The notes under the pieces: generated by a model
Seen by the model: the letters and a program-made list of their open reading frames with translations, nothing else
Database searches by the model: none
What the model was told of the DNA's origin: nothing
Part shown: one piece after another, positions 1 to 10,600 of the stretch
How positions within the stretch are numbered: the first letter of the stretch is position 1
Layout of the letters: every line of letters starts with the position of its first letter
Program-made: the position numbers and the translations under genes
Source of the DNA: Ranitomeya imitator
Lineage: Eukaryota
Assembly (NCBI RefSeq): GCF_032444005.1
Contig: NC_091283.1
Coordinates: forward strand, 162,254,001 to 162,318,000
Direction of reading: 5' to 3'
Length of the DNA: 64,000 bases

Positions 1-396
1 CGGACATCTTACGGGCACCTGTACAGCCTGGAGTCTAGCTACCTCAGGGTGGTCAGGGCTAAGTCCGGTGAAGAATCCCACGTAGCGGGGAAGGATACGT
101 GGAGAAACATCGCACGTACTTGCCAGTTGATGGTTTGGGGAGATCGGATCCTCAAAAAGGTCCGTCGCCCCTTCAATCCAAAGATGTTGAAAAATCGGGT
201 CCAACGATCCAGGACCCAGAGATGTGCCTCCTTGAGACACTAAGCATAAACTGGAGTCTCTGGTAGCCAGTGTCAGGGTGTATACGATGGAGGAGGAGCT
301 AACTTTTTTTCAAGTTTACTTAGTGTCAGCCTCCTGGCGGCAGAAGCATACACCCACTGTCACTGTCCTGTGTCCCCCAATGAGGCGAAGGAGAAA
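1..396 (-). mobile_element. 5' terminal part of a DIRS1-like retrotransposon (element C), runs off the left edge
   Basis: Reverse complement of 241-396 (TTTCTCCTTCGCCTCATTGGGGGACACAGGA...TGGGTGTATGC...AGGAGGCTGACACT...AAAAAAGTTAGCTCCTCCT) aligns by eye to the start of the DIRS at 58271. It begins with TTT and interrupts a Tc1 transposase frame. Confidence 0.78.
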
Positions 397-803
397 GTAA
401 TTGGCTTCTCCAAATGTGCTTTTGCATACCTCAGCCGACTCGGTTTGTGGCGTGCTTGCAGAAACGGCTTCTTTCGCATCACTCTCCCATACAGCTTCTC
501 CTTGTGCAAAGTGTGTTGTATAGTTGACCGATGCACAGTGACACCATCTGCAGCAGGTTGATGCTGCAGCTCTCTGGAGGTGGTCTGAGGATTGTCCTTG
601 ACTGATCTCACCATTCTTCTTCTCTGCCTTTCTGATGTTTTTCTTGGCCTGCCACTTCTGGCCTTAACAAGAACTGTTCCTGTGTTCTTCCATTTCCTTA
701 CTATGTTCCTCACAGTGGAAATTGACAGGTTAAATCTTTGAGACAGCTTTTTGTATCCTTCCCCTGAACAACTATGTTGAATAATCTTTGTTTTCAGATC
801 ATT
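397..803 (-). mobile_element. Tc1-family transposase fragment (DNA-binding region), cut by DIRS element C
   Basis: ORF 360..713 reads IVRKWKNTGTV...RSGRPRKTSERQRRRMVRSVKDNPQTTSRELQ...KKPFLQARHK..RLRYAKAH, a typical Tc1 HTH region. Homology stops at the DIRS terminus. Confidence 0.85.
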
Positions 804-810
804 AGGCTAA

Positions 811-1535
811 AGGTACTGTCACACTAGACGATATCGCTAGCGATCCGTGACGTTGCAGCGTCCTCGCTAGCGATATCGTCCAGTGTGACAGGCAGCAGCG
901 ATCAGGCCCCTGCTGTGATGTCGCTGGTCGGGGAAGAAAGTCCAGAACTTTATTTCGTCGCTGGACTCCCCGTAGACATCGCTGAATCGGCGTGTGTGAC
1001 ACCGATTCAGCGATGTCTTCACTGGTAACCAGGGTAAACATCGGGTAACTAAGCGCAGGGCCGCGCTTAGTAACCCGATGTTTACCCTGGTTACAATCCT
1101 AAAAGTAAAAAAAACAAACAGTACATACTTACCTACAGCCGTCTGTCCTCCAGCGCTGTGCTCTGCTCTCCTCCTGCTCTGGCTGTGAGCGTCGGTCAGC
1201 CGGAAAGCAGAGCGGTGACGTCACCGCTCTGCTTTCTGGCTGCCCGGCGCTCACAGCCAGACCAGAGAAGCAGAGCGCCGAGGACAGACAGCGGTAGGTA
1301 AGTATGTAGCGTTTGTTTTTTTACTTTTTAGGATGGTAACCAGGGTAAACATCGGGTTACTAAGCGCGGCCCTGCGCTTAGTTACCCGATGTTTACCCTG
1401 GTTACCGGGGACCTCGGGATCGTTGGTCGCTGGAGAGCTGTCTGTGTGACAGCTCTCCAGCGACCAAACAGCGACGCTGCAGCGATCCGGATCGTTGTCG
1501 GTATCGCTGCAGCGTCGCTATGTGTGACGGTACCT
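811..1535. mobile_element. Non-autonomous PIF/Harbinger-type MITE with nested internal hairpins
   Basis: TIRs AGGTACTGTCACA / TGTGACGGTACCT, TAA duplication at 808-810 and 1536-1538, internal palindrome centred at 1219/1220, no ORF. Confidence 0.8.
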
Positions 1536-1692
1536 TAAGTGCACACGCTGCGGATTCCATTGCAGAATTTTCCGCAGTGGATTTGCTAAATCCGCAGTGA
1601 AAAACCACAGTGACTTGCAGCCAGAATCACGCTGATGAAAGAAACCATGTGGCTTTGCAACAGAGTAGTAAATTAAAGAATACCTCCTTTAC

Positions 1693-4600
1693 CTTGGTAA
1701 GTAGTTGGCTGCTGTATGGGAGCAGGGTAGACATGGCCGACTGGCTGCAGCTGGGTTGTAGGGTTCTGCGGATACGCATACTGGATTCCAGTGTACGGCT
1801 GAAAGATATTTATTACAGCTGCCCGCAGGTTTTCAGAAAACAATGGCACATATTTAAGGGTATGCACAATTAAGAAGACTGGCAGAAATCTATGAAGATT
1901 GATCTTTAGAAGGATGCAATACATTATTAGAGGATCGATGCCAACAACTTCCAAATAAACCAGTTTGGCACTTGCAATGTCCAAACTCCACCACTAGATG
2001 GCTCTACAGTCACATCTACTAAATACTATGTTGTACTGACCTGGAAGCCGGGAGCTGCAGGAACGCCATGGGAGGGAAGGTGCGCAACGGGTAACAGGGC
2101 GGCAGAAGAGGCAGCGAGCCCCGGCTGCTGTTGAGGGACTGTAAATGTAACCATAAAAAAAGTCCTCAAAACTGTCCTAAGGTCTGGGGTCAAACAAGTA
2201 AAGGAGTGAAGTGCCCTGGAGCAGGTAGGTCCACACATTACCAGGAGCTGCTATATGAGGAGGGTGGCTCATCTGTGGGGTGGGCCGAACAGGGAGCGGA
2301 GCTGCGGGATACGGCGAGATTCTCTGTGCGTTAGGATCCTATTAAAGAAAATAAATAAATAATAAATTATGATTTTACCTTTTATACTGAGGCAAATAAA
2401 TTCAGATTTCATGTGACACGGCACTATTGTTTTATATATATATTTATTAATCTTTGTTTCCATTCTCATATGGCAAGTAAAGATCATGTAAAGGGCAAGG
2501 AATTGAAACATACTATTTTTTAACAAAAGGCTAAAACTGTACAGATGAGCCTTGCAATGCGTCAATGCAGGCAATCCCAACAGAAATCATGCCTGGATGC
2601 AACTGTAGCAAATTCTATGTTGCAAAAAGCATTGGGATAAGAAGTGAACAAAATGCCACTATTCATTAAAAGGAAGCAGAGATCTTGGAAATGCAAGGGA
2701 ATGGAATCCAAGAGTATTAGAAAGTTGCAGGAACCTTTAGTTTCGCAGGCGTCCATCCATATGAGGGAAGCATTTTACCTCGATCTCAGAGTCACTGGAG
2801 TCCGGTTGTGGAGTGGAACTCCCTGCCAGGAAGGGTAACATCGGCTGACCCATTTTTGCCATACGGGAGATCAGCTTCGCCTTCGCCATATCAGGATTCT
2901 AAATGTCAAAAATGATAGATAAGCTGTAACGTGCCATTCCTGTGAGCCAAAAGTCACCTACTGCCAGCCCCAGGTTACCTAGTGCCAGCCCCATGAAGCC
3001 AAAGTCACCTGGTGCCAGCCCCATGAGCCCCAGGTCACCTACTGCCTGTCCCGTTAGTCCTGCTTGCCACAGATCAGTTACTGCCAGCCCTCCCAACCCC
3101 AGGTCACCTACTGCCTGTCCCGTTAGTCCTGCTTGCCACAGATCAGTTACTGCCAGCCCTCCCAACCCCAGGTCACCTACTGCCCGTCCCGTTAGTCCTG
3201 CCTGCCACAGATCAGTTACTGCCAGCCCTCCCAACCCCAGGTCACCTACTGCCTGTCCCGTTAGTCCTGCCTGCCACAGATCAGTTACTGCCAGCCCTCC
3301 CAACCCCAGGTCACTTACTGCCAACTGCTCGCTAATTGAGTTGGACTTGGCACGAACATCTGGATCCCTGGAAAAAGAGGATAAATCAGTAAATGGCACA
3401 GGCATGCGGAAACTTAGACAACATGCTGTAATGGATCTTCAGCAGCACCATGTTGGTTGAATCACTGGCATTAGCATATACCCAGGTTTTGGTGGCACCG
3501 ATGTTGGCGGTTGCGGTGGACTCTCGGTAGGAATACTGTCTGTGATAGACACTGGGGAGTCCCGGGAACCGATGCTCTGCCGGTCAGATCCCTGCTCCTT
3601 CTGTTTCATCTGATAAAAGAATAACATTGGATATTAACCCTGTCAATGCTACAGTAAAATGGTTTTGTTTTATGCACTTTCATTTTTTTTTTTCTTCATT
3701 TTTCGTTCTGGTTACCGTGTTCAATGTGTGGTAAAAATGAGTTCGTGACATGATTGTTAAGGCCAGGAAGATTACAACGATACCAACATTTGTTCTTTTA
3801 ATATTTTAGTGGTTTAATATAAAAAAAAAAAAAAGAAAAAAAAAAAAAAAAATCTGCGATTTTTTTTATTTTTTTTTTACAAAAAAAAAAAAAAAAAGTT
3901 TTTTGCATTAATATTTACTGACACCTGTAACTTTTTTTTGCATTTTTATAGAGCGCTGTAGAGGCTTAGTTTTTGCATGTTGAGCTGCGTTTTTGATCAG
4001 TACTATTTTGGGGAATTGTCACGCACGCGCCCGGACTGGTTGGCGCGGGCATACAGGGGTGTGGCCCCACTGGACCACAGACCAAACTTCCCTGGAAGGG
4101 GCGTAACTAAGTAGCTTCCTAGGTGTTCGCTGGAGCCTCTGATGGTGAGGTCAGACTTGTACAATAGGAAGCTACCAGGTGCCACTCCAGGGTGATGTCT
4201 GGCTGTGGCTGCTGATCCCACTAAGGAACGGAGCGGGCACGGCTGGCACTCTGGCTGACAGGCGGGCACAGCTGGGACACAGGCAGGCAGACGGGTACAA
4301 CAGAGACACTGGCGGGCAGGCGGACACGGCTGGCTCTCTGGTAGGCAGGCGGGTACGGCTGGAACATAGGAAGAACCGGTAGGGACCGGTCTGCAGGCAG
4401 GTATGTGAAACAGGTTGGAACCTGTTCAGACAAGAGGACTAAGTAACAAGTAGAGAAAGACCGCAAGAGCGGATGCAGAGCGAAAGCACAAGAGCTAGAA
4501 CCAAGGACAGAAACACAGGAGGCTAAGTACGAGTAGAAGGTGGAACTAAGAAGAGAAGAAAAGGAGAAGGCACAGCCAAGGGCGGAGACGCTGGAGGCGG

Positions 4601-7600
4601 AGCCAAGAGCAGAGACGCTGGAGGCAGAGACGCTGGAGGCGGAGCCAAGAGCAGAGACGCTGGAGGCGGAGCCAAGAGCAGAGACGCTGGAGGCAGAGAC
4701 GCTGGAGGCGGAGCCAAGAGCAGAGACGCTGGAGGCGGAGCCAAGAGCAGAGACGCTGGAGGCAGAGACGCTGGAGGCGGAGCCAAGAGCAGAGACGCTG
4801 GAGGCGGAGCCAAGAGCAGAGACGCTGGAGGCAGAGACGCTGGAGGCGGAGCCAAGAGCAGAGACGCTGGAGGCGGAGCCAAGAGCAGAGACGCTGGAGG
4901 CAGAGACGCTGGAGGCGGAGCCAAGAGCAGAGACGCTGGAGGCGGAGCCAAGAGCAGAGACGCTGGAGGCAGAGACGCTGGAGGCGGAGCCAAGAGCAGA
5001 GACGCTGGAGGCGGAGCCAAGAGCAGAGACGCTGGAGGCAGAGACGCTGGAGGCGGAGCCAAGAGCAGAGACGCTGGAGGCGGAGCCAAGAGCAGAGACG
5101 CTGGAGGCAGAGACGCTGGAGGCGGAGCCAAGAGCAGAGACGCTGGAGGCGGAGCCAAGAGCAGAGACGCTGGAGGCAGAGACGCTGGAGGCGGAGCCAA
5201 GAGCAGAGACATAGTAACATAGTAACATACATAGTAACATAGTTAGTAAGGCCGAAAAAAGACATTTGTCCATCCAGTTCAGCCTATATTCCATCATAAT
5301 AAATACCCAGATCTACGTCCTTCTACAGAACCTAATAATTGTATGATACAATATTGTTCTGCTCCAGGAAGACATCCAGGCCTCTCTTGAACCCCTCGAC
5401 TGAGTTCGCCATCACCACCTCCTCAGGCAAGCAATTCCAGATTCTCACTGCCCTAACAGTAAAGAATCCTCTTCTATGTTGGTGGAAAAACCTTCTCTCC
5501 TCCAGACGCAAAGAATGCCCCCTTGTGCCCGTCACCTTCCTTGGTATAAACAGATCCTCAGCGAGATATTTGTATTGTCCCCTTATATACTTATACATGG
5601 TTATTAGATCGCCCCTCAGTCGTCTTTTTTCTAGACTAAATAATCCTAATTTCGCTAATCTATCTGGGTATTGTAGTTCTCCCATCCCCTTTATTAATTT
5701 TGTTGCCCTCCTTTGTACTCTCTCTAGTTCCATTATATCCTTCCTGAGCACCGGTGCCCAAAACTGGACACAGTACTCCATGTGCGGTCTAACTAGGGAT
5801 TTGTACAGAGGCAGTATAATGCTCTCATCATGTGTATCCAGACCTCTTTTAATGCACCCCATGATCCTGTTTGCCTTGGCAGCTGCTGCCTGGCACTGGC
5901 TGCTCCAGGTAAGTTTATCATTAACTAGGATCCCCAAGTCCTTCTCCCTGTCAGATTTACCCAGTGGTTTCCCATTCAGTGTGTAATGGTGACATTGATT
6001 CCTTCTTCCCATGTGTATAACCTTACATTTATCATTGTTAAACCTCATCTGCCACCTTTCAGCCCAAGTTTCCAACTTATCCAGATCCATCTGTAGCAGA
6101 ATACTATCTTCTATTGTATTAACTGCTTTACATAGTTTTGTATCATCTGCAAATATCGATATTTTACTGTGTAAACCTTCTACCAGATCATTAATGAATA
6201 TGTTGAAGAGAACAGGTCCCAATACTGACCCCTGCGGTACCCCACTGGTCACAGCGACCCAGTTAGAGACTATACCATTTATAACCACCCTCTGCTTTCT
6301 ATCACTAAGCCAGTTACTAACCCATTTACACACATTTTCCCCCAGACCAAGCATTCTCATTTTGTGTACCAACCTCTTGTGCGGCACGGTATCAAACGCT
6401 TTGGAAAAATCGAGATATACCACGTCCAATGACTCACCGTGGTCCAGTCTATAGCTTACCTCTTCATAAAAACTGATTAGATTGGTTTGACAGGAGCGAT
6501 TTCTCATAAACCCATGCTGATATGGAGTTAAACAGTTATTCTCATTGAGATAATCCAGAATAACATCCCTCAGAAACCCTTCAAATATTTTACCAACAAT
6601 AGAGGTTAGACTTACTGGCCTATAATTTCCAGGTTCACTTTTAGAGCCCTTTTTGAATATTGGCACCACATTTGCTATGCGCCAGTCCTGCGGAACAGAC
6701 CCTGTCGCTATAGAGTCACTAAAAATAAGAAATAATGGTTTATCTATTACATTACTTAGTTCTCTTAGTACTCGTGGGTGTATGCCATCCGGACCCGGAG
6801 ATTTATCTATTTTAATCTTATTTAGCCGGTTTCGCACCTCTTCTTGGGTTAGATTGGTGACCCTTAATATAGGGTTTTCATTGTTTCTTGGGATTTCACC
6901 TAGCATTTCATTTTCCACCGTGAATACCGTGGAGAAGAAGGTGTTTAATATGTTAGCTTTTTCCTCGTCATCTACAACCATTCTTTCCTCACTATTTTTT
7001 AAGGGGCCTACATTTTCAGTTTTTATTCTTTTACTATTGATATAGTTGAAGAACAGTTTGGGATTAGTTTTACTCTCCTTAGCAATGTGCTTCTCTGTTT
7101 CCTTTTTGGCAGCTTTAATTAGTTTTTTAGATAAAGTATTTTTCTCCCTATAGTTTTTTAGAGCTTCAATGGTGCCATCCTGCTTTAGTAGTGCAAATGC
7201 TTTCTTTTTACTGTTAATTGCCTGTCTTACTTCTTTGTTTAGCCACATTGGGTTTTTCCTATTTCTAGTCCTTTTATTCCCACAAGGTATAAACCGCTTA
7301 CACTGCCTATTTAGGATGTTCTTAAACATTTCCCATTTATTATCTGTATTCTCATTTCTGAGGATATTGTCCCAGTCTACCAGATTAAGGGCATCTCTAA
7401 GCTGTTCAAACTTTGCCTTCCTAAAGTTCAATGTTTTTGTGACTCCCTGACAAGTCCCCCTAGTGAAAGACAGGTGAAACTGCACAATATTGTGGTCGCT
7501 ATTTCCTAAATGCCCGACCACCTGCAGATTTGTTATTCTGTCAGGTCTATTAGATAGTATTAGGTCTAAAAGTGCTGCTCCTCTGGTTGGATTCTGCACC

Positions 7601-10600
7601 AATTGTGAAAGATAATTTTTCTTGGTTATTAGCAGAAACCTGTTGCCTTTATTGGTTTCACAGGTTTCTGTTTCCCAGTTAATATCCGGGTAGTTAAAGT
7701 CCCCCATAACCAGGACCTCATTATGGGTTGCAGCTTCATCTATCTGCTTTAGAAGTAGACTTTCCATGCTTTCTGTTATATTTGGGGGTTTGTAACAGAC
7801 CCCAATGAGAATTTTGTTACCATTTTTCCCTCCATGAATTTCAACCCATATGGACTCGACATCCTCATTTCCTTCGCTAATATCCTCCCTTAAAGTGGAC
7901 TTTAGACAAGACTTTACATAGAGACAAACCCCTCCTCCTCTCCGATTTTTACGATCCTTTCTAAACAGACTGTAACCCTGTAAGTTAACTGCCCAGTCAT
8001 AGCTTTCATCTAACCATGTCTCGGTTATTCCCACTATGTCAAAGTTACCTGTAGATATTTCTGCTGGAGGCAGAATTTCTGCTGGAGGCAGAGACGCTGG
8101 AGGCGGAGCCAAGAGCAGAGACGCTGGAGGCGGAGCCAAGAGCAGAGACGCTGGAGGCAGAGACGCTGGAGGCAGAGATGCTGGAGGCAGAGACGCTGGA
8201 GGCAGACACGCTGGAGGCGGAGCCAAGAGCAGACACGCTGGAGGCGGAGCCAAGAGCAGACACGCTGGAGGCGGAGCCAAGAGCAGACACGCTGGAGGCG
8301 GAGCCAAGAGCAGACACGCTGGAGGCGGAGCCAAGAGCAGAGACGCTGGAGGCGGAGCCAAGAGCAGAGACGCTGGAGGCGGAGCCAAGAGCAGAGACGC
8401 TGGAGGCGGAGCCAAGAGCAGAGACGCTGGAGGCGGAGCCAAGAGCAGAGACGCTGGAGGCGGAGACGCTGGAGGCGGAGCCAAGAGCAGAGACGCTGGA
8501 GGCGGAGCCAAGAGCAGAGACGCTGGAGGCAGAGACGCTGGAGGCGGAGCCAAGAGCAGAGACGCTGGAGGCGGAGCCAAGAGCAGAGACGCTGGAGGCG
8601 GAGCCAAGAGCAGAGACGCTGGAGGCAGAGACGCTGGAGGCAGAGACGCTGGAGGCAGAGACGCTGGAGGCAGAGACGCTGGAGGCAGAGACGCTGGAGG
8701 CGGAGCCAAGAGCAGAGACGCTGGAGGCAGAGACGCTGGAGGCAGAGACGCTGGAGGCAGAGACGCTGGAGGCAGACACGCTGGAGGCGGAGCCAAGAGC
8801 AGACACGCTGGAGGCGGAGCCAAGAGCAGACACGCTGGAGGCGGAGCCAAGAGCAGACACGCTGGAGGCGGAGCCAAGAGCAGACACGCTGGAGGCAGAG
8901 CCAAGAGCAGACACGCTGGAGGCGGAGCCAAGAGCAGACACGCTGGAGGCGGAGCCAAGAGCAGACACGCTGGAGGCGGAGCCAAGAGCAGACACGCTGG
9001 AGGCGGAGCCAAGAGCAGACACGCTGGAGGCGGAGCCAAGAGCAGACACGCTGGAGGCGGAGCCAAGAGCAGACACGCTGGAGGCGGAGCCAAGAGCAGA
9101 CACGCTGGAGGCGGAGCCAAGAGCAGACACGCTGGAGGCGGAGCCAAGAGCAGACACGCTGGAGGCGGAGCCAAGAGCAGACACGCTGGAGGCGGAGCCA
9201 AGAGCAGACACGCTGGAGGCGGAGCCAAGAGCAGACACGCTGGAGGCGGAGCCAAGAGCAGACACGCTGGAGGCGGAGCCAAGAGCAGACACGCTGGAGG
9301 CGGAGCCAAGAGCAGACACGCTGGAGGCGGAGCCAAGAGCAGACACGCTGGAGGCGGAGCCAAGAGCAGACACGCTGGAGGCGGAGCCAAGAGCAGAGAC
9401 GCTGGAGGCGGAACCAAAAGCGGAGACGCTGGAGGTAACGCAAAGAGCGGAGACGCTGGAGGCGGAGCCAAGAGCGGAGACGGAGCCAAGTGCAGAAACA
9501 CAGGAGGCGGAGCCAGATAGAACCGCAAAGAGCAGAGCCACAGAGCAAAGCCAGAGAGTGCGAAGCAAGGTCTGAGTGCAGAGCCGCAAGAGTGCGGAGT
9601 GTAAGCAGACTGAGAACACAAGGAAAGACAAAGCAGGGAAGGAAGCCACAGACAAGGAGACAGAGAAAAGGCAAAGTACAGACAAGGCAATGGAACAAGA
9701 CACAGGGACAAAGACACAGGGACCAGGATATTCTGCCTCCTGGAGGGCGGACAACAAGATAAAGGCAATAGCACAGAGAAAAGCCTCCAGAGAGGGAGTA
9801 ACTCAGAGCAAGGCCTGGCAAACTCAGCAGCTAAACACTAACTGAGCTAACACATTGCACAGGCCCAGAGCACAGGGTGGAGCTGCACTATATACAGGAG
9901 GCCTCTTGGTAATTGGTCAGGAACTGATTAAACAGATGCACCTGATTCCTATAAGAACCAGAGAGTTCAGGCGCCGGCCCCCTATACACATAGCCATGAG
10001 GCATGCAGAGAGCAGAGACACAGAACATGGAGCTGGCATGAAACAGAAACCACATCATGACCTGGAGCAGTGGGTAAGATTGTGTGAGAGATGTGAGGCC
10101 ATGCTGTGATGCCAGCAGAGTTGTTACAGGAATACTGCAAAACCAAATGTACCATTTGTTTTATTCTTTTATTTTTGAGCTATAAAAAAAGTTTGGGCTT
10201 CAGTTTTTTTTTGAAGGGGGGGCAGTGATATTTTTAAATACTTTTTGGTATGCATTTCACAATTTTTTTTAGCTTTCTGACCCCCAAAGGACTTGAACCC
10301 GTTATGATTTGATTGCTTGTACTATAGTCTTTAAGATCCTGTGAAATTAACAATTCTAGCATAGAAGTATAAAGATGGCGAGGACGAGATGGAGGTGGCA
10401 ATGGGAGCCTGTATCCAAGCTCCACTGGAATTGAGCACTTAAATGAAGGTGTCAGAGAATGACAATGACATTTAAGCGGTTAACCATCAGTGATTGGGGC
10501 TATTAGAGGCAGGTGTCAGAAGTACAACACAGCCGTCACCTGCTATGTAAGGCTACGTTCACATTAGCGTTCCGCTAATGTGCGTCGCTGACGCAGCGGC

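Larger units (their letters stand above)
4017..10128 (-). mobile_element. Solo LTR expanded by an internal tandem array and a CR1 insertion
   Basis: TG...CA termini (TGTCAC at 4017, GTTACA ending 10128), perfect 5-bp TSD GGAAT at 4012-4016 and 10129-10133, TATA-like TATATAG on the minus strand at about 9888-9894. No gag/pol. Orientation is inferred from the TATA position. Confidence 0.75.

Noticed and set aside
5332-9774. The 1480-aa ORF as a self-contained gene
   Set aside because: Its start is GTG and there is no ATG before the middle of the endonuclease. Kept only as a splice-fusion hypothesis.
4221-9821. Long low-complexity ORFs on both strands ([43 protein letters not shown]) as novel genes
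   Set aside because: The repeat unit is stop-free in all six frames, so these ORFs are expected. Most start at GTG/TTG and lie in an LTR inside an intron.
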